A stretch of 64,000 bases of DNA from a bacterium UBP8_UBA817 (GTDB taxonomy: Bacteria; Margulisbacteria; Marinamargulisbacteria; SXXA01; SICP01): NCBI GenBank assembly GCA_945898045.1, contig CAMDGG010000002.1, positions 19,231 through 83,230 on the forward strand, in the 5' to 3' direction. Shown in pieces: positions 1 through 9,917 of this stretch. Made by a program: the position numbers and the translations under genes. Every line of letters starts with the position of its first letter. Positions within the stretch are counted from its first letter, which is position 1. The notes beneath the pieces are model-generated. The model was not told the DNA's origin. It did no database searches and saw only the letters and a list, made by a program, of their open reading frames with translations.

Positions 1-2
1 TA

Positions 3-2309
3 GAACTAGGATATCAATTTGGAAAACTCGGCATTGCAATTGAAAAACGTTATCCAGAACCCAAAGAAACAGGCCGTATCCAATCTAGTTTTTACGGCAT
101 TATCAGCCCATGGAAAATCCCATTTAGACAAAATACACTTCCTCTCCAAGACTCTTTTCAACACTGTCAACTTTCTGGAGACAATTGGTTCGGAAGCACA
201 GCAATTCAACTCAAAATACTCCTCCTAATATTCGCGGGGAATCCTCTTCCTTCAATAGAAAAAGAATTTGAAAATCACAGAGAGCACATTTTAAACAACG
301 GATACTCGACGGCAAGCTTTTTAGCCTACGAAGAATTTATTTCTTTGCTAAAACATCCACAGCCCACTCCCTGGCAACAAATTTCTCGATACAAAGAAAA
401 CCTAAAAAAAAGTCTCACAGGATTAGGTGGCGTACTGACCTTTGAGTTAATGTTTAACTACCTACATCAGGATTTCAAAGCAGCTCAAAAAATTTCTGAT
501 TCTTCTAATGGCATCTTAAAGGAATCTGAAATAGTCATCATCTATCCAGAGTACTTACTATTTCAGGCATTAACCTATACACAAAAAACGTCCCTAACAA
601 TACTAGAGCGACACAGAATCAAAAAAACAATCAAGAAATTCGACATTTGGTCCCAAAGTTGCCCTGAAAATTTTCTATGCAAACACCTTCTCATCAAAGC
701 CGATTATCAGCGTATTAACAAACAACACAAAGAAGCGTTTGTAACGTACAATCAAGCCCTTTTAAAAGCCAAAGAATTCAGAAATCTTTATATTGAAGCC
801 ATCACCCATCAACGATTAGCAACATTCTATACAGAATTAAATTTACAACCGTACACGCTATACCACGCATCGCTTTCAAAAGAAAAATTCCAGAAATGGG
901 GTGCATCCACCATCGTCTTTTTACTCGAGACCCAATATCCAGAAATCAAATCCGAAATACAACACTACCCCTACACCTATACAGATACAAACGAAAACTC
1001 TCTCTTAAAACATATTGATATTGATGCATTTACAAAAGCCTCTCTAGCTTTATCACAAGAAATAGTCATAGAAATTCTTCTTGAAAAATTGGTCCCCATT
1101 CTCCTAGTCAATTCCGGAGCAGAAAAAACACACATCCTTCTTAAGAGCAATAACGAACTATTTTTAGAAGCGAGCGGCGATAGTACAACCAATATCCCGA
1201 CTACAAATTTACACATACCCCTCCAAGAAACTACTGATCTCCCACAAAAAATTATCAATTTTGTTTATAAAACAAAAAAACCTTTTATCACCGGCGATGT
1301 CATCGAAGAAGTAATGTTTTATACAGATTCCTACATCATAAACCATAATCCAAAATCTATTCTTTGCTTACCCATACTGAAACAGTCCCAAATTATAGGG
1401 GTACTTTACTTAGAAAATTCGCTTACTTTCAATGTCTTTACACAGGATCAAATTAAAACCCTCAACCTCCTAGCCTCCCAAGCCGCCATCTCCATCGAAA
1501 ACGCCATCCTATACAAAGAAAACCAAGACCTCATCCACAACCTAGAAACCCGCGTCGAAAAACAAGTAGAAGAAATCAAAACCGCCACAGAATTAGAACA
1601 AAAAAGCCGAGAAACCGCAGAAAAATTAGCCCAACAAACGGCCTTCTCTGATCTCACACGTGGTATCGCGCATGAAATCCGCAACCCCATGGGCATGATG
1701 CTCTCCAGCTCCGAACTCATCGTGGACAATCTCGACGACAAAACTGCCATGAGCCAGTACGCCTACATTATTAAAAGTAATATCATGCGCCTCACCAAAG
1801 TCACCAATACCATGCTCAGATACGGCGGAAAAATTAATGCCGACAAAACATCCGGTATCGTTACCGACATTATTAACGACATTTTGCTCGCGGCAAAAGC
1901 GGAGTGCAAAAACAAAGGTATCCATCTTACTAAACATCTTGAAAAAACCCCTGAGATCCCTATGGATCCCAATAGCATCAGCCAAGCCATTTTGAACATT
2001 TTGTTAAATGCCATCCAATCCATACCAACCGGAGGTGCGCTACACGTGGAAACATCCCTAGAAAACTTCACAAATCTTTTAGGCAAAGAAACCTCGGGTA
2101 TTAAAATTTATATTACGGATACCGGATGTGGCATACCCAAAGAAAACATGAGCAAGCTATTCGATCCTTTCTTCAGCACCAAATACGAAAACAGCGGACT
2201 AGGCCTGGCCATCGTTCAACGTACTATTTTCGAACACAACGGCACCATAGAAATCACTTCAGAACGAGACAAAGGCACACAAGTCACCGTCTATCTACCA
2301 ACACGCTAG
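3..2309 (+). CDS. C-terminal part of a large multi-domain sensor histidine kinase (GAF-like region, HisKA H-box, HATPase_c). The reading frame is open back to the left window edge, so the gene is 5'-truncated by the window.
   Basis: H-box motif FSDLTRGIAHEIRNPM. HATPase N/G boxes: NAIQSIPTGG, ITDTGCGIPKENMSKLFDPFFSTK and GLGLAIVQ. The ORF track starts at TTG 345, but I traced the same frame codon by codon from position 3 and found no stop. Confidence 0.8.
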   Translation, partial: ELGYQFGKLGIAIEKRYPEPKETGRIQSSFYGIISPWKIPFRQNTLPLQDSFQHCQLSGDNWFGSTAIQLKILLLIFAGNPLPSIEKEFENHREHILNNGYSTASFLAYEEFISLLKHPQPTPWQQISRYKENLKKSLTGLGGVLTFELMFNYLHQDFKAAQKISDSSNGILKESEIVIIYPEYLLFQALTYTQKTSLTILERHRIKKTIKKFDIWSQSCPENFLCKHLLIKADYQRINKQHKEAFVTYNQALLKAKEFRNLYIEAITHQRLATFYTELNLQPYTLYHASLSKEKFQKWGASTIVFLLETQYPEIKSEIQHYPYTYTDTNENSLLKHIDIDAFTKASLALSQEIVIEILLEKLVPILLVNSGAEKTHILLKSNNELFLEASGDSTTNIPTTNLHIPLQETTDLPQKIINFVYKTKKPFITGDVIEEVMFYTDSYIINHNPKSILCLPILKQSQIIGVLYLENSLTFNVFTQDQIKTLNLLASQAAISIENAILYKENQDLIHNLETRVEKQVEEIKTATELEQKSRETAEKLAQQTAFSDLTRGIAHEIRNPMGMMLSSSELIVDNLDDKTAMSQYAYIIKSNIMRLTKVTNTMLRYGGKINADKTSGIVTDIINDILLAAKAECKNKGIHLTKHLEKTPEIPMDPNSISQAILNILLNAIQSIPTGGALHVETSLENFTNLLGKETSGIKIYITDTGCGIPKENMSKLFDPFFSTKYENSGLGLAIVQRTIFEHNGTIEITSERDKGTQVTVYLPTR

Positions 2310-2317
2310 AAAAAAGA

Positions 2318-2333
2318 CTACCCCGTCTCACCT
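2318..2333. repeat. Partial copy (left arm, CTACCCCGTCTCACCT) of the ~120 bp structured repeat also present at 60874-60991 and 61418-61544
   Basis: Exact 16-mer shared with both full copies, positioned 9 nt after the stop of the kinase gene. Confidence 0.5.
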
Positions 2334-2421
2334 GCGCCAAAACCACAGATTTCACGCCTAGTGATATACCGCTTTAAATATAGTTTAAACATGTTTAAAA
2401 TGATGTAATATAGGCACATAT

Positions 2422-2439
2422 ATGATACATATGTATCAT
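2422..2439. promoter_or_regulatory. Perfect 18 bp palindrome ATGATACATATGTATCAT overlapping the brnT start codon. Likely the BrnA (RHH) operator for autoregulation.
   Basis: Perfect inverted repeat read directly from the sequence, immediately at the TA operon start, preceded by an AT-rich candidate -10 (TAATAT). Confidence 0.55.
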
Positions 2440-2701
2440 GGAATTCGAATACAACCCCCAAAAGAGCTTAAGCAATAAACAAAAACATGGGATTAATTTT
2501 GAAGAATCTTTAGGTCTTTGGAATGATCCGCTTGTAATTGAAGTTCCTATCAATGGATTTGATGAGGCTAGATATATGGTAATTGGAAAACTTAACCATA
2601 AAACATGGTCGGCCATTATTACGTATCGCGGAGATAAGATCAGATTAATTTCAGTAAGACGATCAAGAGAAAATGAGGCGAATCATTATGAAAAAAATTA
2701 A
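2438..2701 (+). CDS. brnT: BrnT-family toxin (DUF497 ribonuclease toxin)
   Basis: 87 aa. Matches the DUF497 pattern: KHGInFEE, W.DPLvI.V, RYmvIGkl and RGDKIRLISVRRSR. Confidence 0.7.
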   Translation: MEFEYNPQKSLSNKQKHGINFEESLGLWNDPLVIEVPINGFDEARYMVIGKLNHKTWSAIITYRGDKIRLISVRRSRENEANHYEKN

Positions 2702-2930
2702 AGCAACTGTTTTCGATAAAAAATTTGACGATAATGAAGACATTTCCGAGTATATCGATTGGTCTAAGGCAAAACGCATCAATGAAACCCCTATGAGAGT
2801 TGCTGTTGATTTTCCCAAATGGATGGTGGAATCAATGGATAGAGAGGCTAGTCACTTGGGACTCTCCCGTCAGGCTATTATTAAATTGTCTGTAGCGGAG
2901 CATATTAAAGAAAAAGTATCGCTAAGTTAG
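2673..2930 (+). CDS. brnA: BrnA-family antitoxin (RHH/CopG-like). The true start is probably ATG 2688 (MKKIKATVF...).
   Basis: Small ORF overlapping the end of brnT. Ribbon-helix-helix-like C-terminus: DFPKWMVESMDREASHLGLSRQAIIKLSVAEHI. Confidence 0.65.
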   Translation: MRRIIMKKIKATVFDKKFDDNEDISEYIDWSKAKRINETPMRVAVDFPKWMVESMDREASHLGLSRQAIIKLSVAEHIKEKVSLS

Positions 2931-3105
2931 TATGGTTTAACGTAGTTCATTTATAATAAACCACAACTCCCAAACGATACGCAGGGGCTATCTCCGCACG
3001 GCCAGGAAATTCGTTGACCCAAAATCAGGACGTCTTCCTTGGCACCTGTCGCTTCTCCCTGAAACACAATAAATCAGAGACATATCAACAGACGAGATAA
3101 ACACT

Positions 3106-3372
3106 TCATACCTTTGCACCTAAATAATTGCGAGATAAACCTCCCCCAACAAAATGAACAATTTCTAAACAATCCCCATCAAAAAGCATAACACCCTCAA
3201 ATGGAAACTGGCATATAACCCCGCCCTTCTCTACCACGACATGACGGCCATTAACCGATAACTGCGCCAAAACCGTTTCTACTGACACAGGCGCCTCAAA
3301 ATCAAACGTTTTAAGTTGACCATTCAAGGTCAGTGTCATCATCGTAAAACTTGCATCCTCGAAAGCGGCCAA
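3106..3372 (-). CDS. ThiS/MoaD-like small sulfur-carrier protein (possibly starting at MTLTLNGQ). Unusually, 10 residues follow the GG motif.
   Basis: MTLTLNGQ...VNGRHVV...FDGDCLEIVHFVGGG has the ThiS-like length and pattern. It overlaps the 3' end of lepB. Confidence 0.4.
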   Translation of the reverse strand: MAAFEDASFTMMTLTLNGQLKTFDFEAPVSVETVLAQLSVNGRHVVVEKGGVICQFPFEGVMLFDGDCLEIVHFVGGGLSRNYLGAKV

Positions 3373-3914
3373 AACGTAAACAAAGCCTTGCCTAACAAAT
3401 GATCTTCAGGAACAAATCCCCAATAACGAGAATCCGACGAATTAGGTCGATTGTCGCCCATCATAAAATATTCACCTTCAGGCACACGAACCGGACCAAA
3501 CTGACTATAATCCCGTTGCACATTCACCCCAGGAAACGTCACATGTACGCCATTAGCAAACACCAAGCCATCCCGAATCTCTATCTCGTCTCCAGGAAGC
3601 CCCACACAGCGTTTTACGAAATCTTTATTATCGCCCTCTTTAACCGAACGAAACACCACAATTTCACCGCGTTTTGGCAGTGTGAAACGATAAATAAATT
3701 TATTCACAAAAAGACGATCCCCAATCTGCATTGTAGGGATCATAGACCCGCTAGGAATCAGCGACGTTTGAATGATATAGGTCTTAATCAAAAGCGCCAT
3801 CGCAAGTGCAACAAGCAAAGTCTCTGTTAAATCTACAAAGCCATGAACAAAGCTATTGCGGCTGCGAAGTGACTCTTTGTAAGCTTTCCAACGATTCAAT
3901 GAAGATATGATCAT
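3339..3914 (-). CDS. lepB: Signal peptidase I
   Basis: Motifs SGSMIPT, GDRLFVNKF and GDNRPNSSDSRYWGFV; N-terminal transmembrane segment. Confidence 0.85.
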   Translation of the reverse strand: MIISSLNRWKAYKESLRSRNSFVHGFVDLTETLLVALAMALLIKTYIIQTSLIPSGSMIPTMQIGDRLFVNKFIYRFTLPKRGEIVVFRSVKEGDNKDFVKRCVGLPGDEIEIRDGLVFANGVHVTFPGVNVQRDYSQFGPVRVPEGEYFMMGDNRPNSSDSRYWGFVPEDHLLGKALFTFWPLSRMQVLR

Positions 3915-4028
3915 ATTAATTTCTAGAGTATCAAAAATAACACGGAACTGGCCAGTTCAGATTTACAAGTACATAAAAGTATAGTAAAAAAAGGGGACAT
4001 ATTTTTCACTGAACGGAGGAGTCTCAAC

Positions 4029-5033
4029 ATGGCAATAAAAGTAGCAATAAATGGTTTCGGTCGCATCGGACGCAATGTCTTTAAAATCATTCAAAACACA
4101 CCCGATATCGACGTCGTTGCAATCAACGATTTAACCGATCCCAAAACACTTGCACACCTCCTTAAATACGATTCAGTACACGGACGTTTTAACGGCACCG
4201 TAGAAGCCGGCGATAGCTGCCTCATCGTCAACGGAAAAACCATTCAAATTTCGGCCATCAGAGAACCCAAAAATTTACCGTGGGCAAAATACAACGTCGA
4301 TGTTGCAATCGAATCTACAGGTATCTTTACTGCAGCCACAAGTGACCGTGGCGGATATCTCGATCACATCGCAGCCGGTGCAAAAAAAGTCATTCTTACC
4401 GTCCCTGCAAAAGACGACATCACCACCATCGTTTTGGGCGTTAACCAACACAATATCGATAGCAAAATCAACGCCTACTCCAACGCCAGCTGTACCACAA
4501 ACTGCTTGGCTCCTATCGCCAAAGTATTGCAAGACAATTTCGGCATCGTCAAAGGCTTTATGAACACCATTCATGCTTACACAAATGACCAGAGCATTTT
4601 AGATCTTCCACACAGTGATTTGCGCCGAGCACGCGCAGCCGCACTTTCTATCATCCCAACCTCTACAGGTGCAGCGAAAGCAGTGTCACTGGTTATCCCA
4701 GAACTAAAAGGGAAACTAGACGGCATGTCTATGCGCGTCCCAACGCCAGACGGATCTGTTGTGGATCTGGTTTGCGAATTAAGCCAATCTGTTACTAAAG
4801 AACAAATCAATCAAGCGCTTAAAACCGCAGCAGAAGGTTCTATGAAAGGTATTCTTGCCTATACAGAAGACCCTATCGTTTCATGTGACATCATCGGAAA
4901 TCCACACTCTTCCATTATCGACGGATTATCCACCATGGTTATCGGAAATATGGTTAAAATTATCTCTTGGTATGACAACGAAATTGGTTATTCCAACCGC
5001 GTCGTAGACCTCATCAGTCACATCGCCAAATAA
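4029..5033 (+). CDS. gap: Glyceraldehyde-3-phosphate dehydrogenase
   Basis: [12 protein letters not shown], the SCTTNCLAP active-site Cys motif, and [15 protein letters not shown]. Confidence 0.95.
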   Translation: MAIKVAINGFGRIGRNVFKIIQNTPDIDVVAINDLTDPKTLAHLLKYDSVHGRFNGTVEAGDSCLIVNGKTIQISAIREPKNLPWAKYNVDVAIESTGIFTAATSDRGGYLDHIAAGAKKVILTVPAKDDITTIVLGVNQHNIDSKINAYSNASCTTNCLAPIAKVLQDNFGIVKGFMNTIHAYTNDQSILDLPHSDLRRARAAALSIIPTSTGAAKAVSLVIPELKGKLDGMSMRVPTPDGSVVDLVCELSQSVTKEQINQALKTAAEGSMKGILAYTEDPIVSCDIIGNPHSSIIDGLSTMVIGNMVKIISWYDNEIGYSNRVVDLISHIAK

Positions 5034-6256
5034 TGACACCCATCGCAACTGTGCAGCGCAAGAAAACGCTTCATGACATCCCCAGCGCAGAACTAGCGGG
5101 AAAACGGGTGGTTGTACGTGTCGATTTCAACGTCCCTATGAACGGGGCAGAAATCACCGATGACACCCGTATCAGAGCCGCACTTAAAACTATTCAGTAT
5201 CTCATTAAAAATCATGCAAAAATTATTCTACTCAGTCACCTAGGCCGTCCAAAAGGAACCGTTCAAGAATCACTTCGACTCACCCCTATCGCACGCCATC
5301 TCAGCACACTATTAAATCAGCGGATTTTAAAAAATGACGACTGCATTGGTCCCGAAGTAGAAGCGCCCATATCCCAGCTACAAAACGGTGAGGTTATTTT
5401 GCTAGAAAATACACGTTTTCATGTCGAAGAAACCGACAACAACCCAGAATTCGCAAAAAAACTCGCCCAACTCGGAGACTTATTTGTTAACGATGCCTTT
5501 GGCGTTTCTCATCGTGCAGACGCATCCATCAGCGGCATCACAAACTACCTGCCTGCCGTAGCAGGCTTCCTAGTTGAAGAAGAACTCAGCATTCTTACCA
5601 AAGTACTCAACACACCAGAACGCCCCCTAATTAGCATCATCGGGGGCGCAAAAATTTCCAGCAAATTTGGTGTCCTACAAAATATTTTAGGTCGCGTCGA
5701 CACACTCATTATCGGTGGCGGCATGAGCTTCACCTTACTCAAAGCCCAAGGCTATGAAATTGGAAAATCACTCTACGAACCAGACCTACTAGAAGCGGCT
5801 AAAACTTTCCTAGAAAATGCAAAAAAAAGCACTACAAAACTCATCTTGCCCCTAGACCATATAGTAGTCGCAACATTCGACAACAACGCACCACAACAAA
5901 CCGTAGACACAGAAAACATTCCAAAAGACCAAATGGGTGTAGACGTTGGCCCCAAAACAATCGCAGCCATAGAAGCTGAAATACAAACAGCCAAAACCAT
6001 CGTATGGAACGGTCCACTCGGCGTTTTTGAAATGGACAACTTCGCTCATGGCACCTTAGAAGTAGCCCACATGCTCGCAAAAAGTGACGCATTTACCCTC
6101 ATTGGCGGGGGGGACTCTGCGGCGGCAATTGCAAAAGCAAACGTGACCAATCAAATGAGCTATATTTCAACCGGTGGTGGTGCTACGCTAGAATTCTTAG
6201 AAGGCAAGCAACTCCCAGGCATCACCAGCCTTCAAAATTTGGAGAACCCAGAATGA
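5033..6256 (+). CDS. pgk: Phosphoglycerate kinase
   Basis: RVDFNVP, HLGRPKG, GGGDSAAA and STGGGATLEFLEGK. The start overlaps the gap stop (ATGA). Confidence 0.95.
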   Translation: MTPIATVQRKKTLHDIPSAELAGKRVVVRVDFNVPMNGAEITDDTRIRAALKTIQYLIKNHAKIILLSHLGRPKGTVQESLRLTPIARHLSTLLNQRILKNDDCIGPEVEAPISQLQNGEVILLENTRFHVEETDNNPEFAKKLAQLGDLFVNDAFGVSHRADASISGITNYLPAVAGFLVEEELSILTKVLNTPERPLISIIGGAKISSKFGVLQNILGRVDTLIIGGGMSFTLLKAQGYEIGKSLYEPDLLEAAKTFLENAKKSTTKLILPLDHIVVATFDNNAPQQTVDTENIPKDQMGVDVGPKTIAAIEAEIQTAKTIVWNGPLGVFEMDNFAHGTLEVAHMLAKSDAFTLIGGGDSAAAIAKANVTNQMSYISTGGGATLEFLEGKQLPGITSLQNLENPE

Positions 6257-6636
6257 AGCAACCTGAAAACGCACACTCCCTCTCCGAAGCCATCGAAAAT
6301 CTATCCCGCAAAAGACATGTTCTAAACGAAGACGCCATGAAAGCAGGGCAAGATCGTCAGCTCTCCGAAGGATCTTCACTACCAAACAAAAAAATCTCCG
6401 TTGTCGAAGAATTCAACCACAGCGTCCACTTGCTCACCAGTATTTTTAAAGAGTCCAATTTTGATGAATTGGCCATGTTTGTAGCGCATCCCGGACGCGT
6501 TCTCATCATCAATTTCTTTATTGGCATTCTCAGAGGCATTGGCTTTATGGTCGGCGTACTACTCGTCATCGTAGGACTAGCCTATCTTTTCCAAAACAAT
6601 TTACCCACCACCCTACTCCACATCATTCCCCGCTAA
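6253..6636 (+). CDS. Hypothetical small protein with a C-terminal transmembrane segment
   Basis: 127 aa ORF translationally coupled to pgk (ATGA overlap). Hydrophobic C-terminus GIGFMVGVLLVIVGLAYLF. Confidence 0.45.
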   Translation: MKQPENAHSLSEAIENLSRKRHVLNEDAMKAGQDRQLSEGSSLPNKKISVVEEFNHSVHLLTSIFKESNFDELAMFVAHPGRVLIINFFIGILRGIGFMVGVLLVIVGLAYLFQNNLPTTLLHIIPR

Positions 6637-6639
6637 CCC

Positions 6640-7107
6640 ATGACAGCCCGACATCACCAAATCCTCATTGGAGTCCTCATCTTTTTGGACCAACTCTGCA
6701 AATTTATTGCCCAACGCACCCTCACGTTTTACACAGAAACCCCAGTACTCCCCGGCGTCTCTTTTATAAAAGTCTATAACTTTGGTGCAGCCTACGGAAT
6801 TCTGCAAAATTTCCAAGGCTTTTTAATTGGCATCAGCTTTATTGTCTTGCTCATGGGTTGGATATACCGACATCAATTGGTCAGTAGCCGCGTCGGTTAT
6901 ATAGGCCTTAGCATCATCGCATCCGGTGCCGTCGGAAACTTAATAGATCGTATCGTTAGAGGATACGTGGTAGATTTTATCGATATCCATATTATTCCAG
7001 TATTCAACCTTGCAGACCTTTTCATCAATATAGGAATTCTTTGTTTGGTTATCGATACCCTAAAGGCCTCTAAAAAAAATGACATACATACCCAGCCCCC
7101 CCAATAG
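6640..7107 (+). CDS. lspA: Lipoprotein signal peptidase II
   Basis: NxGAAYG-like FGAAYGIL, GNLIDRIVRGYVVDFID and FNLADLFI. Confidence 0.85.
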   Translation: MTARHHQILIGVLIFLDQLCKFIAQRTLTFYTETPVLPGVSFIKVYNFGAAYGILQNFQGFLIGISFIVLLMGWIYRHQLVSSRVGYIGLSIIASGAVGNLIDRIVRGYVVDFIDIHIIPVFNLADLFINIGILCLVIDTLKASKKNDIHTQPPQ

Positions 7108-7774
7108 CCTCCTAGATATTTTATATGAAGATGCGCACCTCCTCGTTCTCAACAAACCCGCAGGCGTACTAACCCATCCCACCCAATCCAAACACTGCAC
7201 CTCAGAGTCTCTCACCACACAGCTTCTGGCCTATACCACCACGCTGTCCACATTAAGTGGCGTAGATAGACCTGGCATTGTTCATAGACTGGACAAAGAC
7301 TCCGAGGGATTAATCCTAATCGCAAAAGATAATGAAACCCACGAAGCACTCAAAAAACAATTTCAAGACAAAGTCATTCAAAAACATTACTACGCCATGG
7401 TTCACGGCAGCCCCGCGGACGATGAATTCACCATTGACCTGCCCATTTCACGTCACCCCAGCAAACGCAGATCCCATGTTATTTCCAAAACAGACCCCAA
7501 ACGCCGCGAAGCCATTTCCCACATCCAAGTGCTCAAACGTTTCGGGACAAAAACACTCCTCGATGTCCAACCCGTAACCGGACGCACCCATCAAATACGC
7601 GTACACATGACCCATAAAGGCCACCCACTTATTGGCGATCCGGTCTATGGCAAAACAAAACAAGGCACAGGGCAATTATTACAATCTTACCAACTTTCAT
7701 TTACACATCCGCACACACACAAAACGTTACAATTTAAACTCCCCATGTCAGACCGGTTTTCTCGAAAAAAATAG
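7079..7774 (+). CDS. RluA-family pseudouridine synthase
   Basis: HRLDKDSEGLILIAKD catalytic-Asp motif and TGRTHQIRVHM. Confidence 0.85.
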   Translation: MTYIPSPPNSLLDILYEDAHLLVLNKPAGVLTHPTQSKHCTSESLTTQLLAYTTTLSTLSGVDRPGIVHRLDKDSEGLILIAKDNETHEALKKQFQDKVIQKHYYAMVHGSPADDEFTIDLPISRHPSKRRSHVISKTDPKRREAISHIQVLKRFGTKTLLDVQPVTGRTHQIRVHMTHKGHPLIGDPVYGKTKQGTGQLLQSYQLSFTHPHTHKTLQFKLPMSDRFSRKK

Positions 7775-7776
7775 TC

Positions 7777-8649
7777 ATGCCTGTTCTGAGACTTGTTCTT
7801 TTTCTTGTCTGTATAAGCTTTTCAAGTATCACGGCAGAACCCATCGTTTCTTTATCTAGCACAAACGTAAAGCCCGGCAGCACCATCAAAATACATCTTA
7901 AAAATCGCACGCCCCTACAAACCTGTATCCTCCAATTTGATCGCAAAAACCTCACCTTATTTCCAACAGATGCACGGAATGACCAATTCGATGGCTACAT
8001 CGGCATCCCTCGCTTTTTGACCCCAGGCACCTACACCCTCAGCGTCATCACACAAACACAGACATCGCTTCCTGAAAAAATAGAGATTCCAATCACCGTT
8101 CAGGATGGCAAATTTCCTTACAGCCATATCACGCTCATCGGAACCAAAAAAACACTGTTTGAAAAAGAAGACCTGCTTAGCAATGAAAGCAAACAAATTG
8201 AAAAAATCTTTAATACACTTACACCTAAACTCTATATTTCAGAGAGCTTTATAAAGCCCGCTCCCGGGAAAATAAGTACAGGATTTGGCGCTTATCGTAT
8301 CTATAACCAACAAAAAGAGACCCAACGTCATGCCGGAATTGACATTGTAAATAAAATAAACTGTCCCATAATGGCCAGCAATACCGGAAAAGTCGTCTTT
8401 GCCCAATCCCTTCAAACCCATGGAAATACCATCATTATCGATCACGGATGGGGAATACTCAGTATCTATAACCACCTCAACGCCATTCTTGTCAGTCCAA
8501 ACCAAACCGTAAAAGTAGGCGAAAGAATTGGTCTTATGGGATCCACAGGACTCTCAACCGGCACGCATGTACACTGGGGAATAAGTGTCCAAGGCACCCG
8601 CGTCGACCCTAGTCCATGGATAACTTCTACTGTACTCTATAACCCATGA
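7777..8649 (+). CDS. M23-family (LytM-type) peptidase, secreted
   Basis: Signal peptide. HAGIDI motif and the HxH motif GTHVHWGISVQGTRVDP. Confidence 0.8.
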   Translation: MPVLRLVLFLVCISFSSITAEPIVSLSSTNVKPGSTIKIHLKNRTPLQTCILQFDRKNLTLFPTDARNDQFDGYIGIPRFLTPGTYTLSVITQTQTSLPEKIEIPITVQDGKFPYSHITLIGTKKTLFEKEDLLSNESKQIEKIFNTLTPKLYISESFIKPAPGKISTGFGAYRIYNQQKETQRHAGIDIVNKINCPIMASNTGKVVFAQSLQTHGNTIIIDHGWGILSIYNHLNAILVSPNQTVKVGERIGLMGSTGLSTGTHVHWGISVQGTRVDPSPWITSTVLYNP

Positions 8650-9323
8650 GAACCCACGTCATAACCCTTCTGATTCTCTTACTAACGCCTCTAATCACAA
8701 CGGCAACACCCCTTACTTATACCGCTTTCGATAACAACCAACCCCAACACACTGTCATATTTACAATCACCAAAACAAACAACACTACTGAAATAAAAAC
8801 GCGTGTAACCGCAGAACATATCGAAGAAATCAACACGTGTATTCTGTCTTCTCAAAACGTCCTAATCAGTATTGATCAAAGCACACAGAATGATCCCGAT
8901 AAAGCCTATTTTTCTTGGAAGATCCTCCAGAAAAAAAATAATCTTTATGACGAAACCTACACCGAGGTAAAACGCCGCAGCGTCAAGGAAAGTACTGTAC
9001 AACTCCCTGCGAAAAGCTATCCCATTCAAGCACTACTCTATCTCTTTCAAGACATGCCCCTTGCAGAAAATTTCACCTACACATTCACCTTACTCAAACC
9101 CTACAAAGAAACCTACCCCATTATTTGCAAAGTCATCAGTAAAACAACCCTTAAAAAGGGGGAAGTGTTGATACCCTGCTACAAAATAGAGGCTACTATC
9201 AATAACTTCCTAAGCATATTTGTACCAAAATCTTATTTTTGGCTAACCGTTACAGAACCTCATATCCCCATTCAATACCAAGATAACCGGTTTGAATATA
9301 AACTACAGACCCCGATTTCTTAA
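8646..9323 (+). CDS. Hypothetical secreted protein
   Basis: Signal-peptide-like N-terminus MRTHVITLLILLLTPLITTATP. Translationally coupled to the M23 gene. Confidence 0.4.
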   Translation: MRTHVITLLILLLTPLITTATPLTYTAFDNNQPQHTVIFTITKTNNTTEIKTRVTAEHIEEINTCILSSQNVLISIDQSTQNDPDKAYFSWKILQKKNNLYDETYTEVKRRSVKESTVQLPAKSYPIQALLYLFQDMPLAENFTYTFTLLKPYKETYPIICKVISKTTLKKGEVLIPCYKIEATINNFLSIFVPKSYFWLTVTEPHIPIQYQDNRFEYKLQTPIS

Positions 9324-9914
9324 CCGATAACTTCGCAACAAATTATAAGGCGTCGATTCAAAATGCCGAAACAAATATTCAGACAAAGTCATCAAAGTAA
9401 GTAAGAATATAAAAAAGTTAATCGGCAAAGACAATAACGGCAACTCAAAATACCACAACACAAAAAACATCAAGATCACATGGCTAATCGTTGCCAACAA
9501 AAATGAATTAAGTCCTAATGCCAACAACCAAAACACAATCGGGCAAACCAAAAATAAAATAGGGAATAAAACCGAATAAATCCCCCAGATTAAAAACGTT
9601 AAATTAAATTTCCCTGGCCGCTCCAAAAAAGGTGACCACACATGCAACATGAGCATCACAATCAGGCCCGCTAAAACCCAATAAGATTCTCCAAAGAAAT
9701 AAAACCCAGCATACAAAACCCCCGCCCCTTTCAAAAAATCTAGCACATGACTCAAAACAAAAACCAACATGCGTGGCGAACAATACAACGTGTCCGATGC
9801 ATGATCCAACTTAGAAGACACCTGCCGACCCTGTGACCAAAGCCAAGGAAGCAACCTGCCAAATGGCATTAACCCAGCACAAGCAGTCCCCAGAAGATAC
9901 AAAAATTCTGTCAT
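9303..9914 (-). CDS. PlsY-like polytopic membrane protein that has lost the conserved HGSGNxGATN motif
   Basis: N-terminus MTEFLYLLGTACAGLMPFG and LDFLKGAGVLYAG resemble PlsY. The motif region instead reads LDHASDTLYCSPR. Confidence 0.4.
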   Translation of the reverse strand: MTEFLYLLGTACAGLMPFGRLLPWLWSQGRQVSSKLDHASDTLYCSPRMLVFVLSHVLDFLKGAGVLYAGFYFFGESYWVLAGLIVMLMLHVWSPFLERPGKFNLTFLIWGIYSVLFPILFLVCPIVFWLLALGLNSFLLATISHVILMFFVLWYFELPLLSLPINFFIFLLTLMTLSEYLFRHFESTPYNLLRSYRLRNRGL

Positions 9915-9917
9915 AGC

